Counted from the stretch's first letter, positions 11,981 through 25,654 are shown. The stretch: 64,000 nt of DNA from Dendrobates tinctorius (GCF_039654945.1 NW_027361700.1:27032001-27096000), one strand, 5' to 3'. Notes: generated from the letters alone by a model not told the origin. Translations and numbers: made by a program.

Positions 11981-12089
11981 TGAAATACTGTGCAGTGAGA
12001 TGGAAGATGGGAACGACGAGGAGTCCAGACTAGTACAGGGATTCCCTAGCGAGGAGACTTATTTCATTGTTTTCAATGTTGGGACAGCA

Positions 12090-12515
12090 ATTTTTGGGGA
12101 GCACTATACTCTGGAGAATGATAGATGGGGCCCACCATACACTGGAACATTCCAAAGGTGGACATCAGACACTGGAGCAGCATTTACAGGGCCCATTATA
12201 CACTAGAGCATTAGAAATGGGGCCCATTATGTTTGGAGCATTATTTGGGACCATAAGACAGTGGAGCTTCATCCATGGGGACCAACATATACTGTAGCAT
12301 TATGTGGAGCTCATCATATACTGTTTCAAACATTATATGGGACCAATGATTCTGTATGGAGAAATAGATGGGCCTCGTCATGAGATGTAAAAAGTGAAGT
12401 ATTTTTCATTGTACTATACCGCTATTTCTCTGCCGTATCGGAGCATGATGAGTTGTGGTATGTGTTAAAGGGGCGCTCTTTCTCCCAGGGCACATGAAAA
12501 CCAGGAGCCAGCCCT
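12090..12515. repeat. Degenerate ~36-bp minisatellite and MITE remnant nested in the hAT
   Basis: Recurring GGGCCCATTATAC.CTGGAGCATTA motif; ends in CCAGGAGCCAGCCCT. Confidence 0.55.
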
Positions 12516-13361
12516 CCCCCCCCACAACTTTAGCCAAATAACCCCCATTTTTCAGTGCGTAACTTGTATTATGAAGTTAATTAAGGTTGACAAGCTTAAG
12601 TAAGAAGAATTGATGCTTTTGGCATTCAAATGGGCACTGTAGGTGTGTTTCCTGTCCTCCTCTCACTGCCGACTTTTATTCCCCATTGACTTACATTGGG
12701 TTTCGTGTTTCGGGACGACCCCGACTTTTCCCTATTATCAGACGATCTTGCTCGACCCGACTTTTGGAAAAGTCGGGTTTCACGAAACGAAACTCGACCC
12801 TAAAAAAACAAAAGTCGCTCAACTCTAGTATGAACCAAATGAATCCACCTATAATACTCGTACCCATAGAGGTTTTTAATGACCAACTGTACCTCTGTAT
12901 AAATCTAAGGCAAAATAGTTGAATAGAACCCTTGTATGGGAAGAACTATATAGCAGCACAGAAAATCTATACAGGATTGCACTATGGAGCACCATATGAC
13001 CATGTTCATCAATCCTTCTCCTTCTTAGACTTGATTGCTGTAGCAAGTATTATTTCCCTAAAAATGTAAGGTATATCTTTCCAGCTAATTAGAATCTGAT
13101 CTATGTGAGTTTTTTCCTACATGATAAAAGTAATCCATATACACATTCACAAACTTTGCATCAAAAGTTAGCTTTATTGAAAGGACGTTATAGTTAGCAG
13201 TACCCTATACAAGTAGTATATGATAAATACACCTCTTAATATTTAAAATACATCTCTCAGCAGGAAAAAAGCATAGAATTAAAACATGGCTTGTATAGGA
13301 ACATCATAATATGTTAAGAAGGTAGCAGCTTTGATGTGAATTGTAAATTTGATGGGACTGA

Positions 13362-13875
13362 TCAGATTTTCTCTTCATGCTCTTTTACTTGTTGTGACAC
13401 CACTCTTCCATTCACCAATTCTTCAACAATGGTTTTAACAATTCGGGACTTGACAGGCTCTAAAGAAATCAATGCAAAACTAGTATTAAAAAAAAACAGA
13501 TGCTAAAGAGGATAATAGGTGCATACAGGAGCATCAGATACATAAAACACAATATCTGCGCAAAAATTTTGTGTATGTTCCAACAAACCACAGTCTTAAA
13601 CTATCCTGCTGCATTACAGGAGACCAGCTAAGCTGTGGGATATGATTGTTGAATTTTTCTGGTACCAACTCAGCAAAATCATGAATGCAGCTCTGGAGTA
13701 TAATAATTCCTATGTAGTGCATTAGTGTAATATAATTTGCTTACCTCTTGAAACTTGAGGGGGAGTCTGGACTTTGCTGAAATAAAATAATATGTAGCAT
13801 TAAAAAATGTTATACATTATTTACTAGTCATTCAATGGAATGCAGTGAAAACTCTTTGAGATTGAAAGAAAAAAA

Positions 13876-13907
<32 letters not shown>

Positions 13908-15933
13908 ATGAATAAAAAGGCAATCAAGATCAATAAAAAAACAACCTGGATAAAGTGTTGTCATCTTTATGGTGGACCTTTGAAAAGGCTTCACTATATA
14001 TTAAGTCATAGAATGTTATGTCCACCAAAAGTATTGGCAAGTCCTCCATCAAAATTACAATCAAAGTTCAGAGTACTAAACTCTTCTTACCTGGATTCAC
14101 CTTCCAGCAAGCAACGATAAGTCTCAATTTCTTTCTCTAGTCTGGTTTTGATATCGAGGAGTTGATCATATTCCAAGCCTTGCCTTTCCATGTCAGTTCT
14201 AACTTCACACAACTGTAGTTCTAAGATGCTAATCTTCTCTTGGATCTTCCCAAGTTGGACACAGTAGTTGCCCTCTGTCTCAGCTAATGAATTTTCTAGA
14301 GATTTTTTCTATTGAGAGAAATTGAGCAATTTATCTTTTTGTTTCAATCTTAGATTGTGTTTCATTTACATCAATATTACTTGGAGAGAAATACATGGCT
14401 AGACATTTGGGTAGATACATATCTCATGAAAGTGAGAACATGAACATTTTTAAATCATGGATTATTTATGGTCCATACCATAGCCTGAGCAGCTTGCAGT
14501 TCAATTTCCAGTGCTTGTACAGAGCGTTTCAAATCTGTGATTTCACTCTTGCTGGACTGGATTTGTTCAGCCCCAGATGAGATCTCTTTTTTGAGAGCTT
14601 TGCACTGAAATAAAGCCATATATTTAAGAATAACTAAAGGATCTCAAAGTGATCAAATTCAAAATTGGTTGTCATGGAGATCCAGTTGAGTTTACCGCTT
14701 CATTAAATTGTGCTTCTGCATCTCTACGATTCTTTTCTGCCAGTTCTTCATAGTCTGATCTCATATTATTTAGAATTTCAGTGAGGTCAACTCCAGGAGC
14801 CGCTTTCATTTCCACTGTTAGTTCTCCTGTAACTCCTTGGAAACTCTTCATCTCCTAAAAACAGTGAAATTTTTGATGGTCTATAAAATTAGACATTTTG
14901 TATTTCAACATGAGAAAATGTGTTTTGGATTACAATTTCATACACAGTAAGACAGTATGTATAAGATGAAGTATGAATAAATTAAATAGTAGGAGTTTGT
15001 ATACCTCTTCATGGTTCTTCTTCAAGCAGATAAGTTCCTCAGTCAAGTTTTCAATCTGTGACTCAAGGTCACACTTGGACAAGTTCAGGTCATCAAGCAC
15101 TCTTCGTAGACCATTAATATCAGCCTCTACACTTTGACGGAGGCACAGCTCATTTTCATACCTACAGGAAAGTTCAGACCATCAGCTTAAGCTTAATTCA
15201 ACGATAAATTAAGTTCTTTAGCTGTAAGTCAATGAATAGAAAACTTACTTGATCTTGAAATCATCAGCTGCCAGACGGGCATTATCAACCTGAAGGACGA
15301 CTCTTGCATTGTCCACAGTTGCAAGTTGAATCTATGGAAATAATTATTACAAAAACAATTGCATAATTGTCTCAAACATCCATTTTCAATATTTCTGTGA
15401 ACCAACCCTACATTTTGACAATTTAAAATATATTTTTTTATAAGAATCAGTACCTGCTTCTTGAGGTCTTCAATTATATTGAAATATTTGCTGTAGTCCT
15501 GTTTTGGCTTGTTATCATTGTTGTGTTTTTCATACCATTCCTTAATTTTGCACTCAAGGTCAGCATTGGCATCTTCTAATGCTCTCACTTTACCCAGATA
15601 AGTGGCAAGACGATCGTTAAGATTCTGCATGGTCCCCTTTTCATCACCAGACAGGAGATTATCTCCAAAACCACCAGAAACACCACCACCAAAGCCACCT
15701 CCAAAGCCTCCTGCACTAATCAAGTTACTACCAAAGGCAGCACCACCACTTAAGCTACCACCAAAAGAACCTGCACCACCATATCCAGCTGAAACACCTC
15801 CACTTTGGCTTCCACCATAGCCTGCAGCGCCACATGCTCCTCCAGAGTTTCCAAGAAATGAGCAAATGGCTGTCCCATATCCACCACCTCCAACAGATAC
15901 TCTTGAAGATGCTGAGCCTTTTTGGTAAGACAT
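13362..15933 (-). CDS. Type I (acidic) keratin A, 8 exons, 450 aa, intact
   Basis: Exons 15933-15454, 15331-15249 (83), 15161-15005 (157), 14854-14696, 14604-14479 (126), 14308-14091, 13776-13745, 13459-13362; all GT-AG and in phase; [34 protein letters not shown]; tail [15 protein letters not shown]; AATAAA at 13173-13178. Confidence 0.95.
13878..13907. repeat. (AAAG)n microsatellite in keratin A intron 6
   Basis: Direct read. Confidence 0.9.
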
Positions 15934-16015
15934 GTTCTTGATAGATGCTAAGTAAGCCCTCCTAGTTTAACTATGCGAAAGAGATAGCAAGCTTACTTCC
16001 CAAGTAAACATAGGC

Positions 16016-16023
16016 TTTATATA
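16016..16023 (-). promoter_or_regulatory. TATA box of keratin A
   Basis: TATATAAA on the minus strand ~85 bp upstream of the ATG at 15933. Confidence 0.75.
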
Positions 16024-17105
16024 TCATAATGACTGGGTGGTTTCTTTTGGTACAACCTCCAAATCCAATTTTGGCTCTAAATTTCTTGATGAAATGTTAA
16101 TTAAAATGTATACTTAATGTGTCCACTTGGCCTAATTTGTAAAATGCCTTTGGGCCCTTGTTAAGATAAAATGATATAAGGGTGGAGCATAGATAAGTAT
16201 TATTTTATTTCCTTTAATCTGTTAGACAGGTAATTTATGTTTTGAAACCATTTCTCCCTCCCTTCTCCCAGATTCCTGTTTTATAGCTGAAATTTACATG
16301 CATGATTTCCAAAGTAAAATTCCTTTGATAGTATACAGTCATCAAGTCATTAATTTGCATCATACATTTAGAGAAAATGCAGTGGAAAGCCTTTGAAAAA
16401 TTGCAATGAATACAGCATTCAATGAATTTTACAGATCTTAAAGGATTTTCCAATTCTCATAGCATTGACTATCATTATTCATTTGGTGGAAGTGACATTT
16501 TTCACACCTCCTATCAATCAGATGTTTGAGGGGCCATGGTCATCATCAAGCACTGCAGAGACTTCTGCTTTGTTAACCTTCATGTGGTCTACAATTGCAC
16601 TGGCTATACTGGGATTTGCAGAATTGTTTCTGTCACTTTATGGGAATAACGCTTACATTTTTACTACAGTCCCGACTATGTAGACACCGTGCTAGTAAAA
16701 AGTGTACAGGAAGCTTCAGCAGTGCCACAGTACCTTCAATTAGCTGATTACTGGGGCAGCTGAGAATTGGACCTACATCTATGAAGGCTTGTTTCCCCTT
16801 TATCGGTCTCTAATCAAGCTGTGAATCACCTAACAAATGAGCAAAACACTTGATTAAATAGTATCGTCCTGTGTAAACAGATGTGCTGCCAAGAACATTG
16901 ATATTCTGTGCGTACAGTGTGATCACGCTAATGATCATTTCGTATGCATGGAAGCGTGGTCAACTTTCGCTCTGTCTAAACAGGTTTAAACATTTGTTGA
17001 TCGACTATCATATATCTGATCGACAGTCTTTTAGATGCCCGCAGTAGGCCAGTGTCAAAACAGCATTAGTGACTTTTCAGTTAATAGAAGGGGCTCCTAT
17101 GTTAA

Positions 17106-17508
17106 GGTACTGTCACACTTAGCGATGCACCAGCGATCCCGACCAGTGATATGACACGGTCAGGATCGCTGGTGCATCGCTAAGTGGTCGCTAGTGAGCT
17201 GCCACACAGGCAGATCTCACCAGCGACATAGCAGGGGTCGGGGGTCGCTACTTACCTGTCAGATGAGGAGATCCTGACGTCCTCCCGCCCGGCTCCACGC
17301 TCGTCGCTCGCCGGCGCCGAAGCCCAGCCGGAAGCTGACGACCAGAAACAGTCCAGGACGTTCTCACGTGATCAGCGACAATCAGCGGGGGAACCGGTCG
17401 GAGGTAAGAATCAGGCATAGCGATATCGCTAGCAATATCGCTGCTACGTCACAAAACCAGTGACGTTACAGCGATATTGCTAGCGATATCGCTTAGTGTG
17501 ACAGGCCC
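17106..17508. mobile_element. MITE (PIF/Harbinger-like, TAA/TTA context)
   Basis: TIR core CTGTCACACT.AGCGAT at both ends; truncated sibling at ~24306-24650. Confidence 0.75.
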
Positions 17509-20076
17509 TTAAAAGGGGTTAGCGAAGCTAATTATGTAATGTCAGATCATTGGGTGAACACCCAACATCTCAATAATAAGCTGTTATCAGCTCCTGTAAG
17601 TTGTATTCAGTGAATGGAGCTGAACAGGACAGCTTCATTTACTATATACTATAATATAAATTTACTAGAGTGCTGAATAATAATTTGTTTTCACTGAAAA
17701 TTGAGCACTTTCATACCAGGTTTGCCACAAATTTCAACTAATTACATTCATCTGCTGGAAACATGGTCCTAAACCTTATGTAAATACAGATATTAATGAT
17801 AGATAGTAATGATAGATCTTAATGTAATTTTTTTAACTTTTTAAAGGTTCTCATACACATAAGATAGTTGTCAGCCGAATGCTACACCAGCATGCATGTC
17901 TTTTCGATCGGGGATGGGAAGTAAGCTGTTGCCTGACACCCCTGGTAGTGGATTATCTCCCCGGAGAACATAAGGTTTGGGCGTTCTGATTTACACTGCT
18001 CCATCATTCTCTCCTTTAAGATCATCTGTGGATAGAGAGTTGGCAGGTCCTAAAAGACGAAGCTAAAATCGTCAGGATCGACCGACTTTAATCTAACACA
18101 TAAGGAGCCCTTAAATTGAAATCATCATTAGAAAACAAACAATTATTTAAAACAAGTTTTTGTGTTTAAAATAATTTTTTTTATTTTTGTGTTTTAATGT
18201 TCTTTAAAAATGAAAAAGAGAAATCTTTTTTAGATTCTAACTTCCTGTTGTTTCCAAGAATTCACATGACCATTAGGCACAGTGGTCAGACTATGACCCT
18301 ATCTTTTGCATTGAAGCATTTTATGAGCGGCTCACTGTTAGAGAGGTGGATTATTTTTTTAATAAAGATCTGATACTTTGGGTAAGGGTAACCTGAGTAC
18401 ATGGGTCGGTTATAGTAGAACATTTCATAGCTTCTTCAGACAGTATGGTGCCAATCCAACAAACAGGTTCCAAGCACGTTAGACAAATTTATCATAATTT
18501 ATGTCACCAAAGTGGCACAATTTAAGACAGAAATGGCATTTATTCCTTGTGGTGTTGCACAAAAGCTGAAAGATGCTTATTTCAGGGCTCCCTACATTGA
18601 AGATGGATGTATAATATATCAGTCAAAATAAAACAGGGCCTATCAGTCTTGATTCACTGAATAATTGGCAAATGGGACTAAGCTTCAGTACTAGACAGAG
18701 ACATGGACAATAGTGGCGCTGCCTCTCGAAAGAAAAAGTAAAGCGTTCCTTTTTAATTTCCTACAAACTCTGACTGCCTTGATTTATTTGGCCGCAGCTC
18801 AGAAACTGTGACGTTTTCTACATATCCACTGAGAATTATAATTAGAAAGCTGAAGGCATACTGTGATTTAGAGCCTCTTAAACTTAATTATATTTTAGTA
18901 GCGCTGCGTTGTTTATCTTTGACATTCTTGGGTTTTGTCATTACATGAAAATGGAGAGCACCCAAGAAAAGCCTCTGATGTCAGCAGACTAGGCGTATCC
19001 AGCACTAGGCCCGGAGTCTCATTGTCAACCTCCAAGCACATTACGTCCACACGTCCACAAGATAGATGAGAAATGTATAATCACTAGTGGTCCAACCTTT
19101 GGGATCCCCCATTATCCCAAGAAACCCCTGTGTTCAAAGTCCCCTATGTAAAGAGGGGGAATGCTGTGAAAGCATGACCACAACTTCATTGATGCCTATG
19201 GGTCTGACACAATCATTCCTCCAGTCACAATAACTTGAACAGTACTGCTTCATTCACACACTTCACTTTAGGACCCCCTTAGTGGTCAAGCACCCAGCGA
19301 TCATATGTTTATCACTTATTCTGTGCATAGGCGATGAATGTATTTAGGAGTTTCCTTCGGGGCTTAAAGGAGTTGAACTGCTTTAGGGTACAAGATTGCA
19401 CTTACTCAGTGTGACTGCAGATTTGTGATTACTCACATCGAGCGCACTGCATGCTGTGTGGTTTCACCGGCAGTGGGAGCGGTGCTCGCATAACTGCAAC
19501 TATGTGATTTCCATGCAAGTTTCATTGAGCAATTCCAGATCACTATCCATTTAAGCATCTTTTTCTGATTTGTAAAGCATATACACAGTACCACATTATG
19601 TGTTTTCTCTTTTCAGTAGGGTCATCCAAAGAAGCGGGCACCTGGGGGAATTAAACTAAATGACTGGGCATTTGGCTGCTGGTGGCCATAGGCCTCAGCA
19701 AATGCAACAAACAAAGGCGTATTCATCAATCCTTTTAGTGCAATCATAGACTTTGTGGTTTACACTGCTTGATGACATCTGGCACAAGTTTACACTGTCT
19801 AGTCTAACCCTATATTACCTATTAGGTAGTTTACTTTGTGTCCAAATTTTGTACCAAAATTCATGTTTAGGCAGACCTTTTCAGTATTGAAAGACCGTAT
19901 TTTTTCCACAATATTATGATTTATTTCTGTCACGTTTAGCTTAGTCTACCTCCGCCTATATATTCAGTTATAGTTTGTGACTGAGGAAGATTCTGGTATT
20001 AAGTTGAATGATTACTTTCTTGGGTCAGTAGGAGGAGCTGTATTTATTTTTCATCGTTAATTTCCATTAGTCAAAT

Positions 20077-21200
20077 GTTAGGCGCCTGAATTCTTCCGCT
20101 GCGCAGGATAGATCCCAAGCATTGCCTGGTGCTGTGGTCCCCCATTCTGGTCTAGCCGCTGCAATGGCTGCTCAGCACGGGCATCTTGCTCAGGCTCATG
20201 GTATACATTTGGTTAATGCTGGTCCTCCAGCCAAGTCTATGGTAACTAGTGATATTCAGGTGCAGTCTTGCGCTCTGGATTCTAAGTTCAGAGACCACCT
20301 AACTGAGCATGTCTGTGATATGGCGTCTTCTCATTGGTGGATGGTAGTGATGAGCGAGTATACTCTTTGCTCTGGTTTTCCAGAGCATGCTCAGGTGGTC
20401 TCCGAGTATTTTGGCGTGCTCGGAGATTTAGATTTTGTCGTCTCAGCTGCATGTTTTGCGACTTGTAGATAGGCTGAATACATGTGGGAATTCCCTAGCA
20501 AACAGGCATTCCTCACATGTATTCAGCCTGTCCACAAGTCACAAATCATGTAGCTGAGACGACGAAATCTAAATCTCCGAGCACGCTGAAATACTCGGAG
20601 ACCACCTGAGCAACGAGTATACTCGCTCATCACTAGTGGTCTGACGTTAACTGCTCAGGTGATGTGGCAGCTTTGGATTGGCCCCCAGGCGATGTCACGG
20701 CCGGCTGGGCTTGAGTGCTTGGGGTGGAGCTTTGGGTTTTAAAGGCTCCCAGCGCTAGTATCATTTAGGTTCGGTGGGTGTGAGTGGATACTCTATCACT
20801 CGGTCTGCACGTGTGTGTATTTGTCTACCTTCTGAGTCTGTGCTTTTTATGGTTTATTCCGCTTGGCTTAGCATCTGTCTCATTAATGCGCGCAGTTAGC
20901 ACAGTTCAGTTTCAAAGCAAGCCCAACCTATGTGCTGTATTTCTCTGTGAAGTCAACAGGGTTTTGTACCTAGCGTCATTTGAGTTTTTTCTCTTGACTT
21001 AGCATCTGTTTCGCTCTGGTTAACACAGTTCAGTTACAGAGCAAGCTCAACCCTTTTGTGGAGTTAGCGTAGTCTGATTAAGGTGAACGCTTGTTGCTTC
21101 GTTCCGCCATAGTTCACACTAGCAGCAGTTATACATCTCTGCACAGTGGACCCCGAGTTGCGATTGCACTTTAATTTATATTTTAACACCAAGTGCTTGC
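20077..21200 (+). mobile_element. Degenerate solo LTR-like element hosting a nested MITE
   Basis: Starts TGTTAGGCGC; 5' and 3' parts match the short TG..CA element at 36899-37063 (GTTCACACTAGC.GCAG..CTGCAC.GTGGACCCCG). Confidence 0.5.
20345..20635. mobile_element. Palindromic hAT-type MITE with TIR related to the 9.8-kb hAT
   Basis: TAGTGATGAGCGAGTATACTC ... GAGTATACTCGCTCATCACTA; whole element is an imperfect palindrome; TSD degenerate. Confidence 0.8.
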
Positions 21201-21537
21201 AAATGAAAATACTGTATTTGAATTAATTTTCTTTTTCATATTTTTTTATACCGTTTACTTCTTGCACTGAATAACCCAATACATTAATTCTTCATGTTAT
21301 TATGGTTTTACAAATGCAATTGTTTATTTTTATGTGAAGAATGCACACCTCATAGAAAAATGCATTTTTGAATTTTTTATTTTTTTTAAAATTTTTTATT
21401 CCATTTTTTTAAAACCCAATAAAAGTATTACTGTTTATATACTTATTAAACAGTCTTGTATGCTAACACATTATGGACTTTGTCACTATGATATAAGCTA
21501 TTAAAACAACTTTGGCATACCCTAAGAACAGGCTTTA

Positions 21538-22453
21538 GGCTGTGTGCACACGTAGCGTTTTTTTGCGTTTTCGTGCCTTTTTTTACGCACGAAATTGCCG
21601 CGAAAATGCAAAAAAAAAATCATCCCATGCAATCCTATGGGATTCCGCAATGCTGTGCTAATGCTGCATATTTTTCCACGGCGGAATCTCATCGCGGAAA
21701 AATACCCAGCATGCTCAATCTTTTTGCGGAATTGCGAGAATTCCGCACACATAGGAATGCATTGTTCCGCTTACTTTCCGCATGTGGCTATGCCAACCAT
21801 GCGCAGATAAGCGGAAAATGTGTTGATGGTACCCAGGATCTGGAGGAGAGGAGATTCTCCTCCAGGCCCGGGGTACCATATCCCTGTTAAAAAAAAAATT
21901 AAAATAAAAAATCTTGATGGTTTCACGTTCCGGGGTCCCCACAGCGTCCCCAGGCCTCAGCGATGCTCCCGGCAAGTCCCGTTCCCAGCGATGCCTTGCG
22001 CACAATGACCTTTGATGACGTAGCGGTCTTGCATGATGCTAGGTCATCTGGGGTCATTGTCGCAAGGCATCGCTGGGAACGGGACTTGCCGGGAGCATCG
22101 ATGAGGCCTGGCGACGCTGCGGGGGCCCCGGAACGTGAGACCATCACAATTTTTTATTTTTTTTTAATTATTTTTAACATTAGATCTTTTTACTACTGAT
22201 GCTGCATAGGCAGCATCAATAGTAAAATGTTTGTCACACTTGTCAAACACTATGTTTGACGAGTGTGACCAACCTGTCAATCAGTTTTCCAAGCGATGCT
22301 ACAGATCGCTTGGAAAACACTAGTATTCTGCAAGCTAATTATGCTTGCTAAATGCTAGCTTTTTGCGGGAAATACGTGGGAATTACAAATGCGGATTTCT
22401 CGCGTATTTCCCGCGGCATGGAATTGTGGAATTCTGGACGTGTGCACATAGCC
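21538..22453. mobile_element. Harbinger-like MITE with central long palindrome
   Basis: TIR GGCT.TGTGCACACGT with TTA on both sides; palindrome ~21885-22175 centred near 22030. Confidence 0.8.
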
Positions 22454-23957
22454 TTAAAGAGCACCTGTTTCTCAGTTAAAAATAGTCAGTTCTTCCTTTC
22501 ATTTTCTTCCTGCTTCTCCCCTGAGTATGTAGTTTATTTATTTATTTTTTTTAATCTGTCTTATGGTTTCAGAGATTTAGGGGATTTTACTCAGTGCAAA
22601 TTTTTATTTTCCTTTACAAAGGGGCATGGCTCACAGGATTCATTTTGAGCGCATCTTTAGGCTGCTCTGTATTATTACCCTATTCACAATGCCTCCTGGT
22701 AAAGACCATAAATGTTAGAAATGAATTAACAAAAACAATATCTGTCGAAAAGTATGGAGATAAAAAAAATCTGGCAACTTTTGACCTGGTGACAGGCCCT
22801 CTTTTCCAGGATTTGCTGGTATGGAATAGTAAAAAGGCAGAGACCCTGAATCCAGCAATTTATCACTTACTGGGCTGATTTCTGCAGTTTTCATAAATTC
22901 CCTGTTTCCTCTGCTGTAGATCTACCAGCTCTCTGATGATGAGCTCTATATTAGCCCACCCACAAAACTGATTGGCAGCTTTCAGTATACACTGTGCATA
23001 GGCAGAAAGCTGCCAATCTGCGGTGGGTGGTGGGGTTAAACAGAGCTCATTAATGTAAAGGACTACACGTCAGCAGGTTCACTAGTCCTCTAGTGATAAT
23101 CTGCTGTGATTTTACCAAAACTACATCAAACAGCCCAGTAAGTAACACATCGCTGGAGTCAGGGTCTCTGCGCTCACATTATTCTGCTCTCAGATTAGGT
23201 GGCAAAAATCTGTTGACAAACTCTCTTTAAATTTCTTCTTAACTTCTAAAGTGCAACAGACAAAATAAAAAAAACACGTTCCAGATACACGTTCCACTGT
23301 ATCTCCCCGCTATCACATGACATTGTTAGTTCATGTGAATGCTGCAGCCAATCAGTGGCCGCTGATAAATTGTAGCTTTCACTATTCTGTCAGCACACAT
23401 CTGCTCTGAAAGCAAACTGAAAGGCTGCCGCTGACCACTGATTGGCTACAGTATTCACGTGACCTAACAATGTTGTCATGTGATAGCAAGGAGATACAGT
23501 GCCAACGTCACTGGAACAGTGCCTGTCCAGGAGTCAAGAATATGTTTTTTTTATTTTAACCAGGGTACCTTAGCAGCTGACAAGGGATTATCCAGTAGTG
23601 GATGACCCATTTCAGTATAGACTGCCTTGATATCATTTCTAAGTTCTCAGGGATGACTATACAGGGGTCCATCAACCACCAGTACCAGATCTTGGGCATG
23701 GAAACTATTTGACCAAAGCAAAGGGGAAAGTCCCTTTCAGTTAAGCAGCAGTCTCTCATCATTGTGGCAATATAAGGGTTAAGCAAAGGCACCCCTAATC
23801 CAGGACATTATAGCAGGGGCTCCAGTGTCATTAGACAGCTGAGCATTTGTTTCAGCAGGCGAGGGAAATCTGTGCAAGGTTTATTCTACAGCATCCTTAA
23901 AGTCTGCTCTAGAAAAAGGCTCATTGATGGCCTCTGAAATTGCCATTTTGGCTGCCT

Positions 23958-24134
23958 TTAAAGGGGTTATCCAGGACTTTTATATTGATGGCCTACGCTT
24001 AGAATAGGTCATCAATATCCAATTCCTGGGGTTTCAACACCCGTCACCACTGCCGATCAGCGACAGGTGTCGCGTCCCCATCGATTGATGACCTATCCTA
24101 AGGCCACACCATCAATATAAAACAACCCCTTTAA
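23958..24134. mobile_element. Short TTAA-flanked T2-type MITE
   Basis: TTAAAGGGGTT ... AACCCCTTTAA termini; internal inverted TATATTGATG / CATCAATATA. Confidence 0.65.
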
Positions 24135-25654
24135 GGGGTGAAAGTGTCTTGTGCCACTTAATCCTCTCTATAAGCTAGAACATAGAGATGCTCTTATCGT
24201 CGGGTTTGGCAGGTACACCAGCCAGGTAAATATTTAACCAGATCTCAGAGCTAATGCAAATTGTTGGGGATTAGAAACAATTAAGATGGCAGGGGATCAG
24301 TCTTAAGGCCCTTTTACATTTAGTGATGCACCAGCGATCCCGACCACGATACGACCCGGTCAGGATCGCTGGTGCATCGCTAAATGGTCGCTAGTGAGCT
24401 GTCACACAGGCAGACATCACTGCGATGCAGCAGCGATACAGCGGACGATAGTTATCTTTCAGACGCGGCGATCCTGACGTCCTCCCGCCCGCCTCCACAC
24501 GTCACTCGTCGGCGCCACAGGAAGCCCAGCAGGCAGCGCACGACGAGAAATGGAGCCGGCCGATCTCGCGCGATCAGCGACGGACAGCGGGGGAGCCAGT
24601 CGGAGGTAAGTGTCACACATAGCGATATCGCTAGCAATATCACTATAACGTCCCAAAATCTACTATATTGAGGACCTGTCCTTTAGAGAAGTCATCAATA
24701 TCTGATTGATCCGGCACCAAGACTGATCAGCTGTTTTCAGTTTCTGGGTCTGAATGTGTAGGCAAAATGCACAGCTCCGTTCACTGTGTAGTGGCTGTGC
24801 ATAATACAGAAGCTCAGCCCCTATTCATTCAGTAGGAGCTGAGCTACATTGCATTAGAGTGGCCATTTCACAGTGTGAGTGCTGTTTACATCGAGCTGCC
24901 GCTGGAACTGAAAAAGCTGTTTTTTCTGCAGGTACCCTCAGCAGTCTGGTACACATTACTTATCCTACAGATAATTCATCAATACCCTTGGAAAACCCCT
25001 TTAACTAACATTTCTGAATGTAATTGAGTACAGAGTGAATGACATTTTTCTGTCAGGCTCATTAATATTACAAAAGACAAAGTCAGATTAATTGTCGTTG
25101 CCCAGAAAAGTGTTTATTGATCAAGAAATGAAAAATACAAGCAGAGAGAAATATGAGAACTAAAACATAGGACAGCTATAAAGATATAGAATATTACATA
25201 GCAAACTTCATGTGAATGTTAGTGATGAAATATTAAAGATAATAAAATCCAACCTAAAAGTAACTAAAGGTTGTAAAGAAACTCTCCAGGTAGAACTGAT
25301 ACACTGCTATACTCATTGCTGGTCCTACAGGAGAAGAGCATGGCACGTAGACTTTCTCATCGGTATTGTTTGAGACTCCTTGTCACGCATCGCCCCTTTT
25401 AAGCTCTGTACCAAGTAAAACAGTCTATCCATCTTTCCTGAAGTGTTCCTTTAACATAGTTAATATTTTAAGGTCTAAGGCTATAACTGTTGGAATACAG
25501 ATCCATCTGACCCCTAACAAATCACAAGAAAAAGACACCAGTCTAAAGCTAGGATTTTCCAAATGAGGTATTTCCTAAATGTGAGCCGAAAATAAAGGTT
25601 GAAGATGTTTGGAATAGGTTTCTTGAAGAAGCAAGATGGAAACGGGCTCTTTTA

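Larger units (their letters stand above)
3010..12827 (+). mobile_element. Full-length (9.8 kb) hAT-superfamily DNA transposon with disrupted transposase and cargo
   Basis: Exact 8-bp TSD GTATGAAC at 3002-3009 and 12828-12835; 13-bp TIRs TAAAGTTGAGCGA / TAGAGTTGAGCGA; shared subterminal CCGACTTTTGG..AAAGTCGGGTTTCA.GAAACGAAA blocks at both ends; internal hAT transposase. Confidence 0.95.
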
